Source: Chiloscyllium plagiosum (taxonomy: Eukaryota). Taken from it: 64,000 bases of DNA. A program made the translations under genes and the position numbers. Each line of letters starts with the position of its first letter. Positions within the stretch are counted from its first letter, which is position 1. The notes below the pieces were generated by a model. The model worked only from the letters and a program-made list of their open reading frames with translations, was not told the origin of the DNA and ran no database searches. The stretch is taken from positions 19,146,153 through 19,210,152 of the forward strand of contig NC_057739.1 in assembly GCF_004010195.1 (NCBI RefSeq). Direction: 5' to 3'. This document shows, piece by piece, positions 25,619 through 38,735 of this stretch.

Positions 25619-28105
25619 GTCATAGAGTCATAGAGATGCACAGCATTAAAACAAACCCTTCGGTCCAACCCGTCCATGCCGACCAGATACCCTAACCCAA
25701 TCTAGTCTGACATGCCAGCACCCGACCCATATCCCTCCAAACCCTTCCTATTCATTTGCCCATCCAAATGCCTCTTAAATGTTGCAATTGTACCAGCCTC
25801 CATCACATCCTCTGGGAGATCATTCCATACACGTACCACCCTCTGCGTGAAAAGGTTGCCCCTTAGGTCTCTTTTATATCTTTCCCCTCTCACCATAAAC
25901 CTATGCCCTCTAGTTCTGGACTCCCCAACCCCAGGGAAAAGACTTTGCCTATGTACCTTATCCATGCCCTTCATGATTTTATAAACCTCTATAAGGTCAC
26001 CCCCTCAGCCTCCGACGCTCCAGGGAAAACAGCCCCAGCCTGTTCAGCCTCTCCCTATAGCTCAAATCCTCCAACCCTGGCAACATCCTTGTAAATCTTT
26101 TCTGAACCCTTTCATGTTCCACAACATCTTTCCGATAGGAAGGAGACCAGAATTGCATGCAATATTCCAAAAGTGGCCTAACCAATGTCCTACACAGCCC
26201 CAACTCCTGTACTCAACACTCTGACCAATAAAGGAAAGCATACCAAATGCCTGCTTCACTATCCTATCTACCTGCGACTCCACTTTCAATACTAACTTTA
26301 CCTCTTATGCTCGCATCCAAATCATTTATGTAAATGACAAAAAGTAGAGGACCTAGCACCAATCCTTGTGGCACTTCACTGGTCACAGGCCTCCAGTCTG
26401 AAAAACAACCCTCCACCACCACCCTCTGTCTTCTACCTTTGAGCCAGTTCTGTATCCAAATGGCTAGTTCTCTCTGTATTCCGTGAGATCTAACCTTGCT
26501 AATCAGTCTCCCATGGGGAATCTTGTTGAACGCCTTACTGAAGTCCATATAGATCACATCTACTGCTCTGCCCTCACCAATCCTCTTTGTTACTTCCTCA
26601 AAAAAACTCAATCAAGTTTGTGAGACATGATTTCCCACGCACAAAGCCATGTTGACTATCCCTAAACAGTGCTGGAAATGTGTTGCTGGAAAAGCGCAGC
26701 AGGTCAGGCAGCATCCATGGAACAGGAGAATCGACATTTCGGGCATAAGCCCTTCTTCAGGAATTCTCATAAACCTTCTCTGCACCATCTCCAAAGCATC
26801 CACATCCTTTTGGTAGTGTAGCGACCAGAAGGTATCCTATGTTTTGATTGTCTGTTTCCGGTTGCAAACAACCTAACTACCTCTAACTACTTATGCCCGA
26901 AACGTCGATTCTCCTGTTCCCTGGATGCTGCCTGAACTGCTGCGCTTTTCCAGCAACACATTTCCAGCTCTGATCTCCAGCATCTGCAGACCTCACTTTA
27001 TCCCTAAACAGTCCTTGCCTTTCCAAATACATGTACATCCTGTCCGTCAGGATTCCCTCCAACAACTTGCCCACCACCAACAGGTCTATAGTTTCCTGGC
27101 TTGTCCTTACCACCCTTCTTAAACAGTGGCACCACGTTAGCCAACCTCCAGTCTTCCGGCACCTCACCTCTGACTATCAATGATACAAATATCTCAGCAA
27201 GAAGCCCAGAAATCACTTCTCTAGCTTCTCACAGAGTTCTCGGGTACACCTGATCAGGTCCCGGGGATTTGTCCACCTTTACCTGTTTCAAGACATCCAG
27301 CACATCCTCTTCTGTAAAATGAACATTTTGCAAGATATCACCATCTATTTCCCTGCAGTCTATATCTTTCATATCCTTTTCCACACTAAATACTGATGCA
27401 AGAAATTCATTTAGTATCTCCCCCATTTTCTGCGGCTCCACACAAAGGCCGCCTTGCTGATCTTTGAGGGGCCCTATTCTCTCCCTAGTTAACCTTTTGT
27501 CCTTAATGTATTTGTAAAAACTCTTTGGGTTCTCCTTAATTCTATTTGCCAAAGTTATTTCATATCCCCTTTTTTCCCTCCTGATTTCCCTTTTAAGTAT
27601 ACTCCTACTGCCTTTATACTCTTCTAAGGATTCACTCGATCTATCCTGTCTCTACCTGATATATGCTTCCTTCTTTTTCTAAACCAAACCTTCAATTTCT
27701 TTCGTCGTCCAGCATTCCCTATACCTACCAGCCTTTCCTTTCACTCTGACACGAATATACTTTTTCTGGACTCTCGTTATCTCGTTTCTGAAGACTTCCC
27801 ATTTTCTAGCTGTCCCTTTACCTGCGAACATCTGCCCCCAATCAGCTTTTGAAAGTTCTTGCCTAATACCATAAAAATTGGCTTTTCTCCGATTTAGAAC
27901 TTCAACTTTTAGATCTGGTCTATTCTTTTCCATCATTATTTTAAATCTAATAGAATTATGGTTGCTGGTCCCAAAGTGCTCCCCCACTGACACTTCAGTC
28001 ACCTGCCCTGCCTTATTTCCCAAGAGTAGGTCAAGTTTTGCACCTTCTCCAGTAGGTACATCCACATACTGAATCAGAAAAATGTCTTGAACACACTTAA
28101 CAAAT
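25619..28105 (-). mobile_element. CR1 (HER1-like) LINE, ~2.2 kb, with internal deletion and nested PLE
   Basis: Peptides [61 protein letters not shown]...WNDLP; abrupt jump near 26288. Confidence 0.95.
26671..26998. mobile_element. Composite PLE insertion with 14-bp TSD and captured filler
   Basis: TATCCCTAAACAGT at 26657-26670 and 26999-27012; inverted PLE ends at 26671-26764 and 26890-26998. Confidence 0.9.
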
Positions 28106-30371
28106 GTCCATTGTGGTTTGGTTTTATTATGTGCTTATGAGTGGTTACTGTTAACCCATTGGGTATAACTGACTAAGTAGAGACAAAGAAAATGGAACTG
28201 GAGCATTACAATGTCTGCAGAGTTGCAATAGGCGGTTCCTTTACTTCTAGGGGCCCAAATTAATTGCCATCCACTTCTGAATCTGGTATAAATGAACAGA
28301 CTAGAAAACATTGCACTGAAATATGCCTGAAGATCATCTTCAGAGGTAATGCTCAAGAGTGGTTCCTTCTCCTTTCTTGAAAAAAGTGGAAGGTTTGTCT
28401 TGAAAAATAGAGTCAAGATTCTGGCTTCAGAGAAGCAAAATCCAAATATGTTTTTCTCACACAAGATTTTTGCTACCAGAAATCGAGTCACAATTGTATT
28501 GATTCCATTCTTTTTCAGGCAGGTTAGGTTACAAGATTGAAGAACAGTTTTTTTTTAAGCAAAAAATAATCCCATTTACAATCAAACTGAAAAGGTGTAA
28601 TCACTATCTAAGTATCCAATTCTGCCAATAAGCAACCAAATCTTGAGACAGAATCCTAGTACTAAGTTGCATATAAAAAAGCTGGATTTAATCAGTCTGT
28701 CCATAATAAGATGCTCAGAATTATCTAATATCTGGGACAATAAATATAGCATAAATAATGAATGATGCAGCCTGAATATCTGGACAATATTAGAAAACTG
28801 GGAATTATTTACACAGGTAGAGTCATCAGCCCGTGATGTAGTATTGTACAAACCAAACGTGAAAAGTTAATATCTAGTCAACACAGCAGATATTATTGAC
28901 AGCTGTGTTTGTGCTGGTTATTATCTAGAAAATGAAATGTCTTTTATAGCAGAAACCAGTTTGAGCTCATGCAAAGATTCAAAATAAAAAGTCACTGCTT
29001 ACAATGAGACACATGGATCAAGATTTTCTGAGTAATATTTAACACTAGCAATGAAAAACCAGAACCCAAAATTCTCAGATTGTATTTCCTACTGTAATGA
29101 TGCCATATTGTGTTAACAGCAATAATCAATTCTGGATTGTGCATTTTGTCATCCTATGTAACTACATCCAGATGCTGTTTTAACTTTTCAAATAACATTC
29201 ATAACAAGATTTCACTTCTCTGCATTTTCCCGACATAAGTCTTTTGTGCAATAGTATATTTTTAATGGTAAACCAGCTTCAAAATCCATTATAGTAAACT
29301 TACTATATATCAGTTTACTGAATATCAGTTACCTTACAGCTATTGTTTCTAATAACTGTTGAAAGTCTGCTGGTATTTAAAACTCATCTATTCTTAGAAA
29401 ATTACCTTCTGGCTCCAACATAATCTCCCTGGAATTATACAGAAAAATGGAGCACTCCTGGAGTTATTAGTCACAATGCTTGAATTAAGAACTTGGATTA
29501 CAACTGGTCTCAGCACCCTGATCTTGGAAAGTACGTCAGCCTTTTGATTCCTTTTCCTATATCCAGTGGCTCCTGCTGAAAATGTGGAAGCATTCGCACA
29601 AACAGAATGAGTTCAGCATATACCAGTAAGTTTGGCATCAGTGGTGGGTACGTTGTTGGGAGGGGATTCTGAGAGATAGGATTTACATGCATTTGGAGAG
29701 GCAAGAACTGATTAGGGGTAATCAGTCTGGCTTTGTGCGTGGGAAATTGTGTCTCACAAACTTAATTGAGTTTTTTGAGGACATAACTAAAAAGACTGAT
29801 GAGGGCAGAGTGGCTGACATTGTTTACATGGACTTCAGTAAAGCCTTTGACAAGGTTCCACATGTTAGACTAATGAGTAAAGTTAGATCACATGGGATCA
29901 GGCACAGCTTTCCAATTGGATACAAAATTGTCTTGACAGTAAGAGACAGAGGGTGGTAGTAGAGGGTTGGTTTTCAGACTGGTGACCTGTGACCAGAGGT
30001 GCTCCACAGGGATCAGTGCAGGGTCCACTTTTATTTGTCATTTATATAAACAATTCCGATGGGAATTCAAGAGACATGGTGAGTACTTTTGCAGATGATA
30101 TCAAGTTTGGTGGTATAGTTGACAGTGAAGAAGGTTACAAAGGGATCCTGATCAACTGGGCCAATAAGCTGAGGAGTTGCAGCTGATGTTTAATGGATAA
30201 ATGTAAGATATTGCATTTTGATAAAACAAACAAGGGCAGGACTTATGCAGTTAATAATAGGTCCTGAGTAGTATTGAGAAACAAAGAGACCGAGGGGTTC
30301 AGGTTCATTGTTCTTTGCAAGTTGCGTTACCAGTAGACAGGGTGGTTAAGAAGGCATTTAGCATGCTTGTC

Positions 30372-32148
30372 GAAGACTCTACATCCTATCAAAGATTCAC
30401 AAACCTGACTTCCCCAGTCGAACCATTGTCTCAGCCTGCACCTGTCCCACTGAACTCATCTTCACATACCTTGACACCATCCTGCCCCTCTTAGTGCAGG
30501 AACTCCCCACTTACATTCGGGACACTACCCACACCCTTCACCTCCTCCAAGACTTTTGTTTCCCCAACCCCCAACACCTCATCTTCACAGTGGACATCCA
30601 GTCCCTGTACATATCCATCTGCCACAATGAAGGCCTCCAAGTCCTCCATTTCTTGCTCTCACGCCATCCCAACCAGTACCCTTCCACTGACACTCTCATT
30701 CGCCTAGCTCAACTGGTCCTCATCCTTAACAGCTTCTCCTTCCAATCCTCCCACTTCCACCAAACCAAAGGGGTAGCCATGGGCACCCATATGTGCCCCA
30801 GCTATGCCTGCCTCTTTTTCGAGTACATGGAACAGTCCATCTTCCGCAGTTACACCGGGACCACCCCCCACCTGTTCCTCCCGTACATCGATGACCGCAT
30901 CTGTGCTACCTCATGCTCCCATGAGGAGGTTGATTTGTTCAGCAATTCACTGACACCTTTCACCCCGACCTCAAATTCACTTCGACCATCTCAGATAACT
31001 CCCTCCCTTTCCTGGACCTCTCCATCTCCAGAGATCAACTAACCACAGACATCTACTACAAGCCCACTAACTCCCACAGCTACCTAAACTACACCTCCTC
31101 CTACTCTGCCTCCTGTAAAACACCAACCCTCATTCCCAATTCCTCCACCTCCACTGCATCTGTTCCCAGGATGACCAATTCCACCTTAGAAAATTCCAGG
31201 TGGCCTCCTTTTTCAAAGATCGCAATATCCCCTCCCACGTGCTCGATGATGCCCTCCAGCGCATCTCATCCACTTCCTGCACCTCCGCCCTTGAACCCCA
31301 CCATCTGAGATAAATTTCCCTCCCCACCCTTATCAGCATTCCACAGAGACCATTCCCTCTCCGACTCCCTTGCCAGGTCCATGCCCCTCACCAGCCCACA
31401 CCCCAATCCTGGCACTACCTCCTGCCACCGCAGGAAATGCAAAACCTTCTCCCACACCTACCCCCTCACCTCCATCCAAGGCCCCCAAGGATCCTTCCAC
31501 ATCTGACAGAAATTTACCTGTTCCTCCACCAATGTCATCTACTAAATCCGTTACACCCGATGTGGTCTCTTGTGCATCAGGGAGACAGGATGTCAACATG
31601 TGGATCATTTCAGAGCACTTCACCCGTACCAACCAACCCCACTGCCCTGTGGCAGAACACTTCAACTCCCCCTTCTCCTCCAACGAGGACATGCAGGTCC
31701 AGGGCTTCCTCCATCGCCAAACCCTTACCACCTGATGCCTGGAGGAAGAACACCTCATATTACGCCTTGAGACCCTGCAATCACACGGGATCAATGTGGA
31801 TTTCACCAGTTTCCTCATTTCCCCTCACCCCACATTATCCCAGTCCCAAGCCTCCAACACAGCACTGCCCTCTTCACCTGTCCATCACCTTTCCCATCTA
31901 CCCGCTCCACCTTACTCTCTGACCTATCACCTTCTCCTTCACCTTCATCTACCTTATTGTTTCCTCAGCTTCCTTTTCCCAAACCCCAACCCCCCCCCCC
32001 CCCCCCAGTCCACAAGCCTCATTCCTGATGAAGGGCTTATGCCCAAAACGTCAATTCTCTTGTTCCTCGGATGCTACCTGACTTGCTGTGCTTTTCCAGT
32101 GCCACACTCTTGACTCTGATGTCCAGCTTCTGCAGTCCTCACTTTTTC
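30372..32148 (+). mobile_element. Penelope-like retroelement (Poseidon-type RT plus GIY-YIG endonuclease), 5'-truncated and frameshifted
   Basis: RT motifs FTVDIQSLY, QTKGVAMGTHMCPSYA, YIDD; Cys-rich linker and GIY-YIG remnants with PVAEHFN; 15-bp TSD CATTTAGCATGCTTG at 30355-30369 and 32149-32163. Confidence 0.92.
32021..32056 (+). ncRNA. Minimal hammerhead-ribozyme-like motif in the PLE terminus (GAAA mutated to AAAA in this copy)
   Basis: ATTC-CTGATGA-A-GGGC TTAT GCCC-aAAAC-GTC; sister copies keep GCCCGAAACGTCG (26890-26910). Confidence 0.6.
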
Positions 32149-32745
32149 CATTTAGCATGCTTGCCTTCATTGCTCAGACCATTGAGTTTAGGAGTTGGGA
32201 TATCGTTTTGAGTATGTACAGGATGTTGATGAGGCCACTTTTGGAGTACTGTGTGCAGTTCTGGTCACCTGCTAATAGGAAGGATATTATTAAATTGGAG
32301 AGGATTCAGAAAAGATTTACAGGATGTTGCTGGGACTGGAAGGTTTGAGTTATAAGGACAGGCTGGATGGGCCAGAACTTCTTTCACTGGAGTATAGAAT
32401 GTTGAGGACTGATCTTATAGGAAGTTTATAAAGTCATGAGGAGCATAGATAGGGGGAATAGCAAAGATCTTTTCCCTATGATGGAGAGTACAAAAATAGG
32501 AGCATTTTTTTAACATGAGAGGAGAAAGATTTAAAAGGGACCTGAGGGGCAATCTTTTCATACAGAGGATGTGAAATGAACTGCCAGAGGAAATTTTAGA
32601 TGAAGATGCAGTGACAACACTTAAAAGACATTTAGACAGGTACATAATCAGGAAAGGTTTTGAGGGACATGGGCAAAACGCAGGAGAGCGGAACTAATTT
32701 AGTTTGAGAAACTTAATCGGCATGGATGAGTTGGACTGAAGGGTG

Positions 32746-33305
32746 TGGCCCCTTGAGCATGTTCTGCTATTCAATAGACTTGTGGCTGATTCAACACTCC
32801 TCACATCCACTTTCCTACCCTTTTCCATAATCCTTGATTTCTCTATAGAGCAAGAATCTATCTCACCCTTAAATATACACAAAGATTCCGCCCTACAGCC
32901 CTCTGTGGCAAGGTGTTCCAAAGATTGATAATTCTCTGTGAGAAGAAAGACCTCCTCATCTCAGTCTTAAATGGGCACCCCTTTATTCTGAACTCTGCCC
33001 TCTGGTCCCAAACTCTCCCATGAGAGGAAATATCCTCTCAGCATTTGCCCTATCAGCCCCTTAAGATGATCACTCATTCTTCTAAATTCCAATGAACAGA
33101 GTCCCAACCTTTATTCATAAGACATTCCCTCTACATCAGGGATCATTCTATTAAACGTTCCTCGAACTGCCTCCAGTGAAATCTAATCTTGCCTTAAAGA
33201 AGGAGACCAAAACTGCTCATAGTGCTCCAGGTGTGGTGTCACCAGCACCTAGTACAGTTGCTGTAAGACTTCCCTACTATTACAGTCCAACCCCCTCGAA
33301 ATAAG
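32746..33305 (-). mobile_element. Older CR1 3' fragment, tail-to-tail with the previous CR1
   Basis: CTCCTCATCTCAGTCTTAAATGGG...CCCTCTGGTCC...GGAGACCAAAACTG (antisense of QFWSP, TRG and FKTEMRR). Confidence 0.8.
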
Positions 33306-35149
33306 AGCTTGCACTAAATTACACAGCAATACAGCAGTACTGTGAGCCTGGTACCTCTGGTTAATGGTGTAAAAGCAAACAAAGTGAGGCATAGGCAAGG
33401 CAATACAAGGCAGGATTGATGTCAGCATGCAGGTAGGCTCAGAGTAAGCAAGTGCACTGAAGCCAGCAGACAGGTCAGTGAAGCAGCCTGATCCAGTCTA
33501 TGAGTTGGATGTAGGTCTTTGAGTGCACAGTGTCTCCAAGAGCTTTGAAAGGTCTGTCCAGGCAAGCTAAATTACCTTCACTGGCCTGTGCTGATTTGTA
33601 AGATGCCCCCTGCTTGTGAGCAGTTCCTGGTCCATTTTGCCCTCTCCATTTATTAAGTTTCTTCAAGTAATATTGTTAGTAAGTTGATGTAGTCATCAGA
33701 AATATGAGTCAAACTCATGTATTTTGATAGTGCATACTAGCCTTCATATCATGAAATATAATTTTGTTTTCATCTCATAATTTCAAAATATTTGTAGTTT
33801 GAAGCATGTCACAAATCTAAGTGAGCTCTTAGGTTTACTCTCGCTCTCTGGCCTACAGATCTAATGAATAATTCTTTTCCGAATGTAATGTGAAAATTAC
33901 ATTTTCTGTAGCAGCTCCACTCAGAATTAAACTTAGCAAGCAGCACTGTAACAGCAGAGAAGAATAAAATCCCACTGCTAGTTAAAGTTAGATCCTGCAA
34001 AATACCCAAACTTTTAAAATAATGCAAAAGAAAAAAACACCTGACCACACTACCACTACAACAGGAAGAGAGAACCAGCTAGAAACATACCAGCTCAGTG
34101 TAACATACCCAATGAGCTTCAGGTTTACAGCCAAGCTGAATTATAAGGCTTGTTGCACATTTTAACAGGCAGGCATTATGTTACTTCCTTGTGATTGTCT
34201 TTCTCACCTGATCATGCAGGAAAATCGACAGAATCCAAAATAAATTTGATTTCCCATCTTCTGAGAAGTCTAGTTTCATTTTCTTTTGTGAATTTTGTAT
34301 TGCATCAAGATGTTTAATTTTATACACCCATTATTAGCAGAAGGCACTCATAGATCAAGCAGTATACATTTAATAAGAGTAAATTTCCATTACTGTCTCT
34401 ACTCACACTTGAGAAGGAACTCCACAGACCAGTCTCTGATCCTTCAATTCTACAGACTCAGTTTGTAGATTCACTTCAGACTACTGCAAGACAATCTGTC
34501 TACTGGATATTAACTTTCTAAGAGTGTAGCCACACTCCAATCATTCAAAGCAGGTCCCTTCATGCAAGTACTATAATGAGGTTGTACTAAAATAGAATGA
34601 AGGAAATTATTCGATTGCTCTGCATGTAACAAGCTAGATCGGATTTGGAATGTCGACATTAAGTATTCAGACTGGAATCTTAACATTTCCAAATCTTTGA
34701 CAGACACAGATTTCAAAACAGAAGTGAAAACTAATGATGGTTATTAATTTGATTGTACATAACTTTCCAGAACAACTTGCTTGGGGATAACCATGGTATT
34801 TTTGGTTCATTTAAACTGTACTCATTTTTAAAATGGTGATTTTCAAAAGATGTTGCTTTGTAATTATGTTGGCAAGAAGTGAGGGGGGGTGTAATTCTCA
34901 TAATTATGCTCAGTGCATTTATAGAAGGAGTGCAGCAAGTTCATCAGCCTCAGTGGACAGAGAAACAGTGTTAACTCTTCCAGTGATGACCTTTCATCAG
35001 AATAGTGTGACCCATGTACGGTTCTCAAATTATGATCTGAGCAATACATACAATATAATTTAAGAGTAGGGAGGTAAAGCTGGAAATGTATAACATGTCG
35101 GTTAGGCCTCAGCTGAAATATATGCATTTCTGGAATCCTCATTATAGGA

Positions 35150-35850
35150 GGGATGTGACTGCACTGGAGAAGGTGCACAGGAGATGTACCAGATATTGAC
35201 TCTGCCGGAGAGTTTCAGTTATGAAGAGAGATTGGACTGAATGGGGTTGTTTTCATTAATGCAGAGGAGATTGAGAGGGGACATGATTGAAATGTATAGC
35301 TTTGTAAGGGGCACAGATAGAATAGACAAGAAACGTTTCCCCCAATGGAGGAAGAGTGGGAGCATAGATTTAAGGGAAGGGCAGAAGCTTGAGAGGATGT
35401 GAGGAAAACCATTCAGGTAATGGGGATTTGGAACTCTGCCTGTATGGGTGGTAGACAGGCAGGAGGCTGGAAGAACACAGCAAGCCAGGCAGCATCAGGA
35501 GGTGGAGAAGTCAACGTTTCAGATGTAACCCTTCTTCAGCACTGGCAGTGGGTGTCAGGGGAGCTGCAGATAAAGGCAGGAGTGAGAGAGGATTTTGGAT
35601 AGGAAGAGGGGCTGAGTGGTGAGGTAGTGATAGGCGAACACAGGTAATGGGTACAGCCTGGTTAGCAGAAACCCTTACAGCATCTAAAAGTATTTTGATG
35701 TGGACGCGTGATGCTAAGGAATACAAGGTTATGGGCCAAGTGCTGGAAAGTGGCATTGGAATACTTAGGTGTTTGTTTTTGATTGGCTCAGACTCAGTGG
35801 GCAGAAGGACCTTTTTCGGTGCTGTAGACGTCTATGGCTCTATGACAGTA
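35150..35850 (+). mobile_element. CR1 3' fragment interrupted at 35456-35663
   Basis: GCACTGGAGAAGGTGCACAGGAGA...AGTTATGAAGAGAGATTGG...GGGCAGAAGGACCT...CTATGGCTCTATGAC. Confidence 0.8.
35456..35663 (-). mobile_element. PLE 3'-terminal piece, second subfamily, no TSD
   Basis: Minus strand CTGAAGAAGGGTTACATCTGAAACGTTGAC...GATGCTGCCTGGCTTGCTGTGTTCTTCCAGC; host CR1 rejoins as GGTGGTAGA|AGCAGAAACC. Confidence 0.75.
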
Positions 35851-36079
35851 TAACAGTTTGAATATGAAAGCCATGTTAAAATCAAATTAGAAACAGCAGA
35901 AAAGTTTGCTACCACAATTTCATTTTTATTCTGGGAGCCAAGATGGTTTTAAATGTTGTTGTAATACTTGGAGACAATTTCTTTTCCAATGGGAATAGTT
36001 GGGTGAGTAAAGAGTATCGAACTGGAATCATTGACAACTTGCTGTTTATAGCTGAAACATACATCAGTACTACAACAAT

Positions 36080-36248
36080 CGACAGAACGAGCCTCAATTC
36101 AATATCTCATCTCATGGATGGCAAATTCAAAAATGCAGGATTCCCCTGAACCTCGATCAGCCTAGATTGTACATTCAACTTCTAAAAGAGACTTGAACCT
36201 ACAACTTTCTGACATAGTGGCAAATGTACAACCATTGATCTAAGCCAA
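36080..36248 (-). mobile_element. DeuSINE (SacSINE1-like) relic
   Basis: CTCATC...TCAGCCTAGATTGT...GACTTGAACCTACAACTTTCTGAC (antisense B-box region); a similar relic lies at 55490-55790. Confidence 0.5.
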
Positions 36249-36865
36249 CACAATTAAATTGAGCTGTAATTTCTTGGAAGGTGCTTATGTGGATGCAAGT
36301 GAGTTATGTTCACAGAAACAGTAGTCAAAATGTAACTTAAAGGGGTAGTATTCAAATGCATAACATTATCAATTAAATGGAGCCAATTTTTGAAATTTAA
36401 CTAGAATTTGTGAATAAGTAACATGATAAATATGTCTTTTTCACTAGCTGTAAATACTTGGCTATTTTGTTCATAATAAAACATTTGTTCAGTGTTTAGG
36501 ATTCAAATTATTGTACAAGAGGAGTATTCATTGCTTCCACATCAGTTAAGAATACCATATGGGCAATAGTTCACACCAGGAGATAGGAGATGTTTTGGGA
36601 AGCGTATCCATTCTACCATACATGTGGATGGAAAGCAATGGAGAACACCGAGAGTAAGGTGGTGAAACAAAATGACTGGTGAATGGAAACACAAGGTCAA
36701 ACTTGCCACCTGAATTGAAGTTTTCATAAAACATTGTAGAGGAGGCCACTTAGTGAACAGTGAACACAGTATAATAGATTGAAAGAAGTACATGTAAATC
36801 ACTGTTTGGGATTTTGGATGGTGCAAAGGGATGTTGTGAATGAACAGGCATTGCCTTCCTCCTTA

Positions 36866-37160
36866 CGAATTAGAACAGGAGTAAGTCATTCAGCCCCTCA
36901 AGTCTGCTCCACCATTCAATAGAATCATGGCAGATTTGACATCCCGCACACCCACTTTCCTACATTTTCCCCGTAACCCTTGATTCTGCTACTAATCAAG
37001 AATCTATCGATCTATCTTTCTATCCCAGCCTTAAATATACCCAAGGACTCCACCCAATAGCTCTCTGTGGCATGGAATTCTAAAAATTAAGAAACTCCTC
37101 CACATTCTCTTTTATTTAGAGACTGTGCCCTCTGGTCTTAGACCCTCCAGAAAGGGAAAC
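36866..37160 (-). mobile_element. Old CR1 3' end
   Basis: CATTCAGCCCCTCAAGTCTGCTCCACCATTCAATAG...AAGAATCTATC...GCCCTCTGGTC is homologous to 32746-33020. Confidence 0.75.
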
Positions 37161-37169
37161 ACTATCTAA

Positions 37170-37330
37170 ATATGGAAACATCATGACTTGCAAGTTCCTC
37201 TCCAAGCCACTCACCATTCTGACTTGGAAATCTATCACCATTCCTTCAGTGTCACAAGGTCAAAATTCTCAGACACCGTCCCTAATGGCATTGTCGGTCT
37301 AACTGCAGTACATGGACTGCAGTAGTTCAA
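37170..37330 (+). mobile_element. Family-B LINE fragment
   Basis: CAAGTTCCTCTCCAAGCCACTCACCATTCTGAC...CCCTAATGGCATTGT...GGACTGCAGTAGTTCAA matches 53930-54085. Confidence 0.8.
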
Positions 37331-37346
37331 CTTATAAAGAAAGGTG

Positions 37347-37562
37347 TTGAGAGTGTGGTGCTGGAAAAGCACAGCAGGTCAAGCGGCATCCGAGGAGCAG
37401 GAGAATCAACATTTTGAGCAAGAGCCCTTCATCCTTCCTGATGAAGAGCTCTTGTCTGAAATGCGATTCTCCTACTCCTCAGATGCTGTCTGATCTGCTG
37501 TGCTTTTCCAGCACCACACTGTTGACTCTGATCTACAGCATCTGCAGTCCTCACTTTCTCCT
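37347..37562. mobile_element. Short inverted PLE insertion
   Basis: Near-palindrome centred at ~37433; diverged TSD-like flanks TTATAAAGAAAGGTG / TTATAAGGAGAGATG. Confidence 0.85.
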
Positions 37563-37569
37563 CGTTGTT

Positions 37570-37870
37570 TATAAGGAGAGATGCCATAGGCAAGGAAAGG
37601 TTTGTTCAGGACAACTAAGGAGTTGATCAGGGTGTAATGGAGAGAATATATCCATTCAGAATGCTGAAAGAGATGTGCCAGGAGGAGGCATCTTGCTAGA
37701 GATGGTGGAAACGATGGAAGGTGATCTCTTGGATTCAGAGGATGGATGAGGTGGAAAGTGAGGATAACGGGAACCTTATCGTTATTCTGGGAGGGATGGG
37801 AAGGTATGAAAAGTATGTGTGAATTGGAATGACATGATGGAGGCCTCTGCTGAACAACATTTTCCCTGCT
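37570..37870 (-). mobile_element. Decayed PLE coding remnant
   Basis: Purine-rich antisense resemblance to 31240-31400 of the long PLE. Confidence 0.45.
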
Positions 37871-38735
37871 GGAGGCCCAAAGGGGAAAATCAATTGTCTC
37901 AGCAAAAATGAGAAAATAATTTCCAATTCAGAACAGTGGTGCGGCAGAAGGATAGCCTTTAGTTCTTAGTGTGCCAGTCAGTTAAGGTGTGGGATCCCCT
38001 TTGAAAGTGAAGCGGTTGGCTAGCAATTCTGCTGCTAAATCTTTGGAGTACAATTTCTGAGTTCTGTATCAAACTCAGACAGCGATTGTCAGGTTAGCTT
38101 CTGAGTACAGTGGAAGTTTGATATAATGCATGAGTTAGAGTCTGAGAAATAAAACCACATCATCATCTGATTGTGTTACTGCTGAAAGCGTTGGACAATC
38201 AAATTAAATTAAAATCAGCCTTATCTCTTGTTAGGTGGGTACAATGATATTATTGCAGCTTCTATCTAATTTATGTGACACCTGAATTTGACTATTTTTT
38301 TAAAAGTTGCTGTTACAAATAGAAGCTTCAGCTGTTTCAGTCATGATGCATCATCCCAAAATTGTAGCTCGGGGGGAGGATGGCAGAGAGATGACACGTA
38401 GAAGGCTGTCTACTAATCTGTGGTTATTGTACACTGTTAATAGTTTGCCTGGCATTATAATTCTATGAACAAGAGGCCAAAACAGAAGGATTAGGGTGAA
38501 AAGGGATGAGATGCTGCAAACATCCAGATAGGTTCAAGGTGAGTGGGTGCTAAAAGAACAGTGAGCAGCCCTGAGGGGTGGCTGGGTCCAGTCCATGAGC
38601 TGGATGCCTGTCCCTGAGCACACAGTGTCCTTCCAAGCAGTACTGCAACAATAGCTCCAGTTCATTTTGAGGTGCAGCATGGCCATACAGCAGCATGGTT
38701 CAATTGGATCAGAAGTGTGCCACGTTAATGCAGAA

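Larger units (their letters stand above)
29622..32744 (+). mobile_element. CR1 LINE (29622-30371 and 32149-32744) split by a Penelope element
   Basis: [53 protein letters not shown]; resumes after the TSD with RPLLEYCVQFWSP. Confidence 0.92.

Noticed and set aside
30494-31042. 182-aa RT ORF as a telomerase-like or domesticated gene
   Set aside because: Frameshifted, stop-interrupted Penelope RT inside a TSD-bounded insertion.
31990-32006. C17 run / G-quadruplex
   Set aside because: Homopolymer expansion within the pyrimidine-rich PLE 3' region.
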